Virus record (IMG/VR): IMGVR_UViG_3300011008_002712
DNA: 64,000 bases
Strand: one strand, 5' to 3'
From: a virus
Lineage: Duplodnaviria > Caudoviricetes
The translations under genes and the position numbers were made by a program. Shown here piece after piece: positions 38,640 to 47,637 of the stretch. The number at the start of each line of letters is the position of its first letter. Position 1 is the stretch's first letter. The notes beneath the pieces were generated by a model that saw nothing but the letters and a program-made list of their open reading frames with translations, did no database searches and was not told the origin of the DNA.

Positions 38640-39203
38640 AAAATAAAATAGGCTCTCTATCTCCAGAATTATAGTACAACATTTTTAACATATCGATGTC
38701 ACTTAGCTGAAAAATATCGTTTTCATTGTATAAGACTCTATATACTTTTTCTACAAATTCTTTTGTTTGAGGATGCATAAGCCTTATATGTTCTTTATCC
38801 TTTTGCCATCGTTTGTATTGATCTTCAAATGTACAATCTTTTCCAAGATATGCCATTGCTGCACTATTCTATCACATATCATCTCTAATGCATCATAAAA
38901 AGGCATTGAATAAATCCAAATTCCATTGTTTGCGCATTCAATCCAATATTCGTAATGATGACTATTAAATTTTTGATGATGTCTCCAACAATTACAAAAA
39001 CCATGTTTTTCTTTTATGCGATCGATGGGAGACCTTGTCCCGCAGTAATTATTTGCTGATTCAACAAATTCATCAAACGAAAACTTACTTAAATCGTGTT
39101 TAATTCCCCTTAGATAGAGGCCTGCAATGAAACAAATTTTCCCCACATAATATTTGTGAATTAAAATTTTTTTTAAATGTTGTTTAAAGTTATTAAAATT
39201 CAA
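38614..39203 (-). pseudogene. HD-domain (DUF5662-like) protein split by a single-base frameshift
   Basis: HDLSK, HH..N.HH and EMICDRI in one frame continue as AAMAYLGK in the next; one base missing near 38863-38867. Confidence 0.7.
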
Positions 39204-39358
39204 TACTCATCGTCTCCAAATTATTTTATAAAAAAAATCATAATGTATAAAAAATGAATTAAAATTTTTAAATTATTTAAAACGTATCATTTTTTACTTT
39301 ATTTTTTCAGTATAACTGAAAGGTAACATTTTCAGAACCTACGTCTTGGAAGACGATT

Positions 39359-40681
39359 TTAATAAATATTCGAATAATAATTATTAATTATGTTTTTAGT
39401 TTCGTCTAAAGTCAATTCTTTAGTATCAAAACATTGTTTTTCTCTTTTAGTAGTCATTTTTTGCCGTAGAACCTCTACAGTAATTCTATTTTTAATATTT
39501 AAAGCTGCATTTATATCTGCATCCATTTCATGTCCGCAGCATAAACATTTGAAATGAGATTGGGTTAATCTATTTTCGCTAGCTATATGTCCACACACTG
39601 GACATCCCTTAGATGTATATGCTGCTGGAACCAAACTAACCAAAAAACCATATTTCTTGCCTAAAGCTACAGCTACATTTTTTATATCAAATAGATGCAA
39701 AATGTGCATTAACTCATTGTGGTTTATATCATTATATTTGCTTTTTATGTATTTTTTTCCATAAAATGGAGACAAATCTTCAAATACTAAATGATTATAT
39801 CCCATAACTTTAGCATATCTGAAAAGCTCTAAAAGCTTTGAAATAATATGCCATTTAGCTCTATTCATGTCTTTTTTGTCTATCTTTTTCTGTTTTTTGC
39901 CGTGTTCTTGGTTCAATCCTCTCCTTTGCTTTGTTTCAGCTATTCTTCTATTTTTTAAATCATTATTTATTAGTTTTGTTACTATTTTTTTGTTATGAGT
40001 TATAGTATGTCCATCGCTGCAAGCAAATAGATTTCTAGATACATTGACATCTATTCCTAAAATTTTTTCTTTTTCATATTCTAATTCATAATATTCATCA
40101 TTTTCTTCTGTAATAGAAATTTTTATAATATTGCTTGCTTCATCTATTGTAAGTCTATATGCTTTTTGATATTGACATTGATTAGGACCAGTCTTAGAAT
40201 AATGTATATCATCTAAATTTCCATGATATTTTTTAGAATATTTGAATGGTATAGCAATGCATTCTTGTTTTGGGATATTAAAATTAATGATGCCATTAGT
40301 ATGTATATTATTTGATTGTACAAACATTGGCTTTTTACATAAATTTATGCCAATAAAAGATAATTTTTTAAATGTTACGATACATTTAGGAGGTTTCTTT
40401 TTGAAATATTTACTCCATACATCAAAACATGCTTGCTGAAAAATTGAAGAAGGAATGTCAAAAACTTCATGAATTTTATCATTTTGCATTTCTTTCCAAA
40501 AATCATATTTTGATATCTTTCTTTTGAAATGATAAAAAGCATAATAAAATGCAGATAAATAATTCTTGCATTCTACAACTTTTTCAGCAAATGATTTTAT
40601 TGCTTCATATTTTTCTTTATTTAAGTCTTTACTTACAAAACATATGCCTTTAGGATGTATAATATCATGCTTCTTCTTCAA
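39359..40681 (-). CDS. tnpB: RNA-guided endonuclease TnpB
   Basis: LGIDVN (RuvC-I), VFEDL (RuvC-II), YTSKGCPVCG...CLCCG Zn finger, DADINAALNI (RuvC-III). Confidence 0.92.
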   Translation of the reverse strand: MKKKHDIIHPKGICFVSKDLNKEKYEAIKSFAEKVVECKNYLSAFYYAFYHFKRKISKYDFWKEMQNDKIHEVFDIPSSIFQQACFDVWSKYFKKKPPKCIVTFKKLSFIGINLCKKPMFVQSNNIHTNGIINFNIPKQECIAIPFKYSKKYHGNLDDIHYSKTGPNQCQYQKAYRLTIDEASNIIKISITEENDEYYELEYEKEKILGIDVNVSRNLFACSDGHTITHNKKIVTKLINNDLKNRRIAETKQRRGLNQEHGKKQKKIDKKDMNRAKWHIISKLLELFRYAKVMGYNHLVFEDLSPFYGKKYIKSKYNDINHNELMHILHLFDIKNVAVALGKKYGFLVSLVPAAYTSKGCPVCGHIASENRLTQSHFKCLCCGHEMDADINAALNIKNRITVEVLRQKMTTKREKQCFDTKELTLDETKNIINNYYSNIY

Positions 40682-41285
40682 GTTTTTTTGTCACCTCTTT
40701 TAATTGTTTTCTTCTATTACTATGCATTTTCATTGAAAAATTGTTTATAATAGCAATTAAATCTTCAGTTAATTCTTTTTGAAAATTTTCTTCATTAATT
40801 TGATTTTCTAATACTACTATCTCAACATTGAAATGTTTGCATATATTATTGAAATATTCGAATCCAAATCTTGTAAATCTATCTTTATATGTAATAAAGA
40901 TTTTATTGATTTTTTTATCAAGAATTAATTTCATTAATTCATTAAATTCTTTTCTATTTTCATTCATTCCAGATGCTATTTCTGAAAATATTTTGTCTAT
41001 GATGATTCCATGAGAATTACAATAATTAATTAAAATTTGTTTTTGAGTTTCTAAATCTTTTTGTTGTTTAGTATTTGATACCCTGCAATATATAACATTC
41101 ATTTTATCATATTGTTTTTGTATATGTAAAAGTTTTTCTATATCATCCTTTGAATATACAAATTTTCTTGGGCTAAGAGCTGTATATTGTATTCTGCCTT
41201 CTTTTCTCCAATGATATAGTGTTGCTGGAGAAATTCTAAATAATTCTCTTACTTCTTTTGCTGTTAAAAAACCATTTAAATCCAT
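40665..41285 (-). CDS. tnpA: IS607 transposase TnpA (HTH + serine recombinase)
   Basis: N-terminal HTH, IYCRVS, EIASGMN..R, YKDRFTRFGF, ELTEDL. Confidence 0.92.
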   Translation of the reverse strand: MDLNGFLTAKEVRELFRISPATLYHWRKEGRIQYTALSPRKFVYSKDDIEKLLHIQKQYDKMNVIYCRVSNTKQQKDLETQKQILINYCNSHGIIIDKIFSEIASGMNENRKEFNELMKLILDKKINKIFITYKDRFTRFGFEYFNNICKHFNVEIVVLENQINEENFQKELTEDLIAIINNFSMKMHSNRRKQLKEVTKKLEEEA

Positions 41286-41485
41286 ATAAAATTTCCCTTC
41301 AATTATAAAATAAACATTTTACTATTAACTATATATTCAAAATAAGAAAAATTATAACTTAAATGTATTTTTAATTCAGATTTTATAATAAATTTTATTT
41401 TTTATCTCTAAAAAGAGCATTTTACAATTCAAAAAAAATTATTCAAAAACGATTAACAACATTTTTAATTATATTTCTAAAAGAA

Positions 41486-41511
41486 AAGATAGACTTTTAT
41501 AAGCCTATCTT
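41486..41511 (-). terminator. Terminator at the end of the structural module
   Basis: aagatagac...gcctatctt stem with a T-run. Confidence 0.55.
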
Positions 41512-41535
41512 ATCATAAAATCTATAAATTGTACA

Positions 41536-44500
41536 TCAATTTTTAACACATGGTCTTCCTTTTATTCTATACAAATCGCCATACACTGGACTTAATTTAT
41601 TGATAACAGTAGTTGATGTTTGTAAGTTACCAACAACTAAGAGCATAACCTCACCATTTTCATCAATTACAGGACAATATGCTCCGATATATTTTTTAAT
41701 CGCATTTTGACAATCATTAAAATACATCGTAAAATCAACATTTTCAAACAAAATGTTACCATCCTGGAAATAACTGCTATTCTTTGAAATCTTATATGTA
41801 TCTACTAAATTACATGTTTCTTCATTATTTTTTAACATATAATCATTCATGAATACTATTTTTTTATTAACGTTCTCATTATTTAATGTTATATTCATAT
41901 CTGAAAATATGTTTTTCAAAATTATATCTTGATTGTCTATTTTATATCCATATGCCATTCCACCAGGAAGTTCGTTGACAATATTAGTTGTAATTGACTC
42001 TCCATTCGGTTTTCCAGTGCTCAATGTAGTTATAAAATATTTCCATTCTCCGATTCTAGTAACTTGTTTGTTATTAGTTGTCATTAATCCTTGATATGGA
42101 ATATGCTTATACCAAATAGATAAAATATCATCATTTGTCATCTGATAAGAAATCATAATTGGAATTTGAATATTTACATCTTTTCTTGGCTTAGCATTTT
42201 CATCAAATATAATCGTAATAAATGGCGTTCCAAAACTATCATCTGTAATTCTTACTGGAATTGTATTATAAATCTTTTTATTTGTAGCTATTCCATGTTC
42301 ATCATAAAAAATTTCTCCATCATGATATGCGAGAATTTCTTCTTCGTATTCTCCGGTAGCATTTCCATTATCATCTAACACGTTATTTGAAAATGTATAT
42401 ACAGATTTTAATACACCACCGTGTATTCCGCCATCTTGTATCAGGCTAACACATGGCAATTTATAAACATTATCTATTCCATTTGCAACAAAACTTAACA
42501 ATTTACACTTATGCATATTAGTCATTAATGTTTTTGATTTTAAATCATAATCAAAACTATATCCTTCACAAGCCAATTCAAATGTTATAGTGTCTCCTAT
42601 ATTCAATGGATTTTTAAGATATACCGTATATTTTAAATCATCTTCGCCAACTGTGTTTGATGGTGTTTTTGTAATCATTTCTATTCTGTTTGTCCTGGAA
42701 CCAACAATTCCAATAACTTTATATCCATACACTTCTATAGGGATGTCATACTGGTTTGTGCCATTACCAGATACATTATAATAAATTAATCTTGCATAAC
42801 ATTGTTTTCTTGTTCTGTATTTATTTGTAAAATCATATGCTTCGTCTTCATTGCCAAATACTTTCCTCGGCTTCAAATAAGATACTTTTCGAGGATATTC
42901 GCTATTAATATCATTAAAAGAGACTTCTTGTTTTATATATAATGGATAATCATAGTTTGTAGCCGATTCAACATCAAGATCATAATCAACAAATCCAGCA
43001 GCAAGTAGTTCTGTTGGCATGTCAATTCCACCACATCCTGGGGAAAGACATATCTTGCATTGGATTATTACTCTATCTATGTCTTGATCATATGGCTTAT
43101 ATGTGATATGGTTTGTTCCAACACCATCAAGTCTTCCATAAGCAATATCGCTTAACTTATTCCCAGACATATCATATATTTCTTGAATGCTTTCAATATA
43201 TTTATCATCATTTAAATCTATGTTAAATGTCTTAAGATTTTCATTTTGATTATATTCAACATAAAATATTGTATCTTCTTGAGTAAACGCATTGTCACTA
43301 AAATTATTTGCAATAGAATTAAATCCATTCATGATTAACGCATCACTATTCATGAAATCTTTTGGAAGCATTGGCCAAAATTTATTGACAACGTAACTAT
43401 ATCCCGTTCCAGTTCCCATAATTAATTCAAAGTTATTATTATATCCAATTAAATTTTCAATAACAAAACCAGAATTAGCTTGATTTAAAGCATCTCCAAC
43501 TTTTAATTTATATGCATTCATATAACAAGGAGAAAAATCACCTTGAGCCACTAATTTTGAATTAATATACAAATAAATCTGGCCAACAACTGGAGACGGT
43601 TCATTAGTCCAAGACATACGAATATGATAATATCTACCTGCAATCAGCAACCGTTCTGACAAATTAACAATAGCTTTATTTTCAATGAAATTGTCATTGC
43701 TTATTTCATAATTTCTTTGCGAAAGAATCAATTTATTCTTTTCTTTTTTTAATTGTATGATTGGTGAATTACTTTCGTTAACCAATGTAATCATTATTTG
43801 AGATTCATCATTACATCCATTCCATAACGGTTTCATGAAAAAATCGATTGTGCCTTTTTGTTCAGTCATCAAATCTGAAATTATATATGGCAACTCAACA
43901 TTATCATTAATAATAGCACCCAAATAATTAATCGAATTATCATAATTAGCAGATACATCATAAATTAAAGGATGATTAATGTCATTTGCTGGATAAGATT
44001 GCTCTACAGAACCATTAAATGGTATTACCAATTTTACAGATGAAATTTCATTTGCATAATCGAATAATTTATTTCCTATTTGCACTCTTCTCATTTTAGG
44101 AGTCTGAGCTGTTGACAAATTATTTGAAAACAAATCTTTTATAGTATCATCTGCTAACACTTCGTTTCTAAATGCTTGAAAAGAAACCGTTTTTCTCAAA
44201 TCAATAATATCATTTCTATTAATTGTATCATACGATAATCTATCTGGACGCATGTTATTTTTTAAATCTCCATTTTTAGATGAATCGTTACTAACTAGCA
44301 TCCTATTATAACTTGGAGCTCCATTAAAATTATCGAAATCATATGTCTGATTGTTTCTTCTTCTTATTCTAAACATTGGAAGTGCGTATACATATCTCCC
44401 AAACAAGGATGAAGATTCTATTTCATAATCTTTTCTCCCTGCTACATATAGATTTTTATCATGATTAAATGTTTCGTCTTTAAATAATTCGTTTGTTGCT

Positions 44501-45198
44501 TCGCAAAATACGATATTAACATTTTGGTGTGCGCCCAATTGTCCATTTGCTTTAGCAAAAACGGAAGAATAATGCAAAACATCTTTATATCCTAAACCTT
44601 CTGGATATAAATCAAAATCGCACTCCTGTTTTACTCTTATATCCCAATACATAACGATACGTCTAGATGTTTCTTCTGCTACTCTTTCATCTACAGCTGG
44701 CGTTCCAATAGTATCGCCTTCAATATATCCGTATTTATAATTTTCAACGTCTCCCTTAACGCTTTCAAACCATACCTCAAGATATACCAAGCTGTCTTTA
44801 GTTGAATTTGTGGAAGTGTTTCCAAGATCAATCAATATGTAGTCATTTATTTTATTAAATGAAAAATTTCCCTTGCAGATCAACTCATGTCCATCTATAA
44901 CACATTGAAATGGAGCAATTGCTATTTTATTTTTCAAAACTAACCCATTAGAAGTAACGTTATATATAATTGGTTCTCCCTTGAAACTATCATCAACTAA
45001 TTGAGTGAATCCGCTCGGAATGGATTTTCTTACTACATTCGTCTTTGCATCTATTTGAATTTGCTGTAACTCGTTTAGTTCTGTTTCAAGAATAGGTTTA
45101 TCGTGCCCCCAATGAATTGAAACAAAATTAGATTTGTTATCATAATTACTATATTTTTCAAAATGTTCCAAAATCTTATTCATCTCCTTGAGCAGCAC
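41536..45198 (-). CDS. Large tail/baseplate-associated protein with LamG/ConA-like domain
   Basis: ILETELNELQ N-terminal motif; GTIDFFMKP...YYHIRMSW...LYINSKLV lectin-like segment; likely TTG start at 45171. Confidence 0.72.
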   Translation of the reverse strand: MLLKEMNKILEHFEKYSNYDNKSNFVSIHWGHDKPILETELNELQQIQIDAKTNVVRKSIPSGFTQLVDDSFKGEPIIYNVTSNGLVLKNKIAIAPFQCVIDGHELICKGNFSFNKINDYILIDLGNTSTNSTKDSLVYLEVWFESVKGDVENYKYGYIEGDTIGTPAVDERVAEETSRRIVMYWDIRVKQECDFDLYPEGLGYKDVLHYSSVFAKANGQLGAHQNVNIVFCEATNELFKDETFNHDKNLYVAGRKDYEIESSSLFGRYVYALPMFRIRRRNNQTYDFDNFNGAPSYNRMLVSNDSSKNGDLKNNMRPDRLSYDTINRNDIIDLRKTVSFQAFRNEVLADDTIKDLFSNNLSTAQTPKMRRVQIGNKLFDYANEISSVKLVIPFNGSVEQSYPANDINHPLIYDVSANYDNSINYLGAIINDNVELPYIISDLMTEQKGTIDFFMKPLWNGCNDESQIMITLVNESNSPIIQLKKEKNKLILSQRNYEISNDNFIENKAIVNLSERLLIAGRYYHIRMSWTNEPSPVVGQIYLYINSKLVAQGDFSPCYMNAYKLKVGDALNQANSGFVIENLIGYNNNFELIMGTGTGYSYVVNKFWPMLPKDFMNSDALIMNGFNSIANNFSDNAFTQEDTIFYVEYNQNENLKTFNIDLNDDKYIESIQEIYDMSGNKLSDIAYGRLDGVGTNHITYKPYDQDIDRVIIQCKICLSPGCGGIDMPTELLAAGFVDYDLDVESATNYDYPLYIKQEVSFNDINSEYPRKVSYLKPRKVFGNEDEAYDFTNKYRTRKQCYARLIYYNVSGNGTNQYDIPIEVYGYKVIGIVGSRTNRIEMITKTPSNTVGEDDLKYTVYLKNPLNIGDTITFELACEGYSFDYDLKSKTLMTNMHKCKLLSFVANGIDNVYKLPCVSLIQDGGIHGGVLKSVYTFSNNVLDDNGNATGEYEEEILAYHDGEIFYDEHGIATNKKIYNTIPVRITDDSFGTPFITIIFDENAKPRKDVNIQIPIMISYQMTNDDILSIWYKHIPYQGLMTTNNKQVTRIGEWKYFITTLSTGKPNGESITTNIVNELPGGMAYGYKIDNQDIILKNIFSDMNITLNNENVNKKIVFMNDYMLKNNEETCNLVDTYKISKNSSYFQDGNILFENVDFTMYFNDCQNAIKKYIGAYCPVIDENGEVMLLVVGNLQTSTTVINKLSPVYGDLYRIKGRPCVKN

Positions 45199-45367
45199 TA
45201 TAATTTGAACTTATAAAATCATGTATATCACTTTTTTTGTATAAAAATTTTTTTGGACTTAATCGTATAAATTTTATTTTTCCTTGTTTTCTCCAATTAT
45301 GTAAAGTAAAATTCGTTATATGTAGCAACTTTTCTACTTCACTAGAAGTATAAAATTCTTCATTCAT
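45176..45367 (-). CDS. Solo HTH protein homologous to the IS607 TnpA N-terminus
   Basis: YTSSEVEKLLHITNFTLHNWRKQGKIKFIRLSPKKFLYKKSDI versus TnpA LTAKEVRELFRISPATLYHWRKEGRIQYTALSPRKFVYSKDDI. Confidence 0.75.
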   Translation of the reverse strand: MNEEFYTSSEVEKLLHITNFTLHNWRKQGKIKFIRLSPKKFLYKKSDIHDFISSNYSAAQGDE

Positions 45368-45436
45368 AAAATCATCTCTTTTCCCTTTTCAATTATTCTA
45401 TATAATGAAAATAACATTTTTATTTAAATAAAATTT

Positions 45437-46732
45437 TTACGTCAATATGTTGCCGTAGCTATCTAATTTACAATTCAATTCTTTTGATTCTATGCATAAC
45501 ATATCAACATTTATGTAAATCCAATGATGGCACGTCGTAGATAAATAGTTTTTGCATACATTAAATAAATTTATCAATTTGTCATTTGAGAACAACTTAT
45601 CTTTAGAGGTTTTGTATCTAATTAATTTAAATCCACTAGAAATAATGAAGTTTTCTCTTCTTTTTTCTTTTCTATCAAATTCCGCTTGACTAATCTTATT
45701 TAATTTAACAGACAAATTATGTCCTCCACCATCATATTCAATGACAATGTTATTTATTATTATATCTAATAGGCATCCACCTAACGGTACGTTTATTTCA
45801 CCATTCATTAGATTACATATATGTTGCTGCTGTTTAGATGATGGAGCTGTTTTGTTATCATGCATTGTTTGTTTAGATGAGCAAATAATCTTTTTTCTAA
45901 TCATTGCATTTTGTATTGGAAATTCAACTCCATATCTTTTTTTCATTGTTTCTTTTCTTTTATTTTTTACTTGTTCAGAATTAATTGCGGTTTTTATGTT
46001 TTTGCTCATTTTTTCTTTTATTTGTTCATTTTTAGCCACATTATCAACGTCATACTTTTCCAAACAAGTTTTTCTTCTTTTTTCTTGTATCTCGTTATTA
46101 TGTTTTTTATATGTTTTCTTTAAAGATTTTGACAATTTTTTCCTAATTTCTTTATTTTGACATGAATGTTCTACGCCGTAGCGTTTTTTCATTGTGTTTT
46201 TAAATTTTTTCATGCATTCTGGATTTTGAAGATTATGTTCATATCCAGTTTTTTCTTTTCTCGTTTGTTTGACTCTCTCTAATAAATTTTTATGTCCTTC
46301 TGGATTTAATTCTTTCCCAAAATTAGATTGATATGTTAATCTTGCCTTATCAACAATTTTTTTGCATTGCATTGGCTTTTCAGCGCCATACTTTTCTAAA
46401 CATGTTCGTTTTCCTTTTTCTTTTATTTCTTCTGATTGTAAAACGTGTTCAACTCCATATTGTTGTAGACATTTTAATTTTCTTAATGATAACGAACATT
46501 TTTTGTCTCCACAAGAATGTTTTATTTTATCAACAAGAAAAGAATAACTCTTTTTAAAAATTTTGCCACAAAAATCACATTTACAAGTAACTTGTTTTTT
46601 GCACCCGTTCTGCAAATCTTCAATTTTCGCCATAAATTTTGTGAAAAATCCTGTAAATTGATAACCTTTTGATTCAAAATGTTTTCTATTATTCGACATC
46701 CACGTGATTTCAATTTCTTTGTCTATAAACAT
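45437..46732 (-). CDS. Putative homing endonuclease with KYGVE-type repeats and Vsr/DUF559-like nuclease
   Basis: CKCDFCG, about 6 repeats of (K/R)YGV(E/D)..Q..EI..K, LDII...IVIEYDGGGH. Confidence 0.75.
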   Translation of the reverse strand: MFIDKEIEITWMSNNRKHFESKGYQFTGFFTKFMAKIEDLQNGCKKQVTCKCDFCGKIFKKSYSFLVDKIKHSCGDKKCSLSLRKLKCLQQYGVEHVLQSEEIKEKGKRTCLEKYGAEKPMQCKKIVDKARLTYQSNFGKELNPEGHKNLLERVKQTRKEKTGYEHNLQNPECMKKFKNTMKKRYGVEHSCQNKEIRKKLSKSLKKTYKKHNNEIQEKRRKTCLEKYDVDNVAKNEQIKEKMSKNIKTAINSEQVKNKRKETMKKRYGVEFPIQNAMIRKKIICSSKQTMHDNKTAPSSKQQQHICNLMNGEINVPLGGCLLDIIINNIVIEYDGGGHNLSVKLNKISQAEFDRKEKRRENFIISSGFKLIRYKTSKDKLFSNDKLINLFNVCKNYLSTTCHHWIYINVDMLCIESKELNCKLDSYGNILT

Positions 46733-46751
46733 ATTGCCCTCTATTAAAAAC

Positions 46752-46779
46752 AAGAGAGGAGCTCAAATGTTCCTCTCTT
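46752..46779 (-). terminator. Terminator
   Basis: aagagagga...tcctctctt stem. Confidence 0.55.
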
Positions 46780-46788
46780 ATTTTACTA

Positions 46789-47439
46789 TTAAAATGTAAG
46801 CTTCCAACGTACACTTATACGATGATTACTTTGTTTATTAATGACTGGGAAACGTTTTAAGTTGAATAAGATACCAGAATCTTTTCCAGCGCCATTATTC
46901 CAATCAACACTATCGCCACCGTATAATCCAATCTCTGTCCATGGGCCGCATGCTTCATTTTCAAAAAATGTTGTATCTATTAAAAGAATATTTGTAGGAG
47001 TATCTGTTTCTTCTCCAGCTGCATCTTGGAATTTCCAGCTAGTAAATCTTTTACGATAAAATTCTCCAACAAGCTTCGTCTCTCCAAGTGTTGGGTCTGG
47101 TGGATTCATAACATCCCAAGCAGTTAAATCAACAACATTTGTTGTTACATCATATGGATTAGCTGGATCTTGTAAAATACCACAACCAACTGCTAAATAT
47201 TGTAACCCTTTATCAAGAAAAGCACCTTCAAATGCTTCATCTGCACCGCCAGTAATTGCACCTGGACACATTCTGCATGCCATTAAAATTGAAGCTGTAT
47301 CAACGATCAAGTTATGATCTTCAAACTTATTGATTAGTTGTCCACCAATAACTCTTCCGTTCTTAAATTCTCCTCCAATATATTGATAAATAGCAACTTC
47401 ACCTTGTGGAGTGTTATATTTTTTTTCATCTAATAACAT
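46789..47439 (-). CDS. Baseplate/tail-fibre attachment protein
   Basis: HNLIVD, LAVG.G, EA.G.WTEIGLYGG, F.VINK...WKLTF pattern of myovirus baseplate-region proteins. Confidence 0.6.
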   Translation of the reverse strand: MLLDEKKYNTPQGEVAIYQYIGGEFKNGRVIGGQLINKFEDHNLIVDTASILMACRMCPGAITGGADEAFEGAFLDKGLQYLAVGCGILQDPANPYDVTTNVVDLTAWDVMNPPDPTLGETKLVGEFYRKRFTSWKFQDAAGEETDTPTNILLIDTTFFENEACGPWTEIGLYGGDSVDWNNGAGKDSGILFNLKRFPVINKQSNHRISVRWKLTF

Positions 47440-47451
47440 ATTTTTATCTCC

Positions 47452-47637
47452 TCAATTATTGAAATACCATCTATTTGAATAATTGTTGCTTGGCATTTCA
47501 ATATTTATGTCATTGTTTTTACAAATCGAAACATTGGCATCACAGAACCAATCATCTTCTTTTACTACTTTTTTTAAATATTCAAATAAGATGTTGATTG
47601 GTTCTGCGCTAGCCTTCTTAATCAAATACTTTTTCAT
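47452..47637 (-). CDS. Small hypothetical protein
   Basis: ATGA overlap with the upstream stop; MKKYLIKKA leader. Confidence 0.45.
   Translation of the reverse strand: MKKYLIKKASAEPINILFEYLKKVVKEDDWFCDANVSICKNNDINIEMPSNNYSNRWYFNN

Larger units (their letters stand above)
39290..41350 (-). mobile_element. IS607-family element (tnpA + tnpB); ends approximate
   Basis: Overlapping serine-recombinase tnpA and RuvC tnpB; hairpins downstream of tnpB. Confidence 0.85.
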
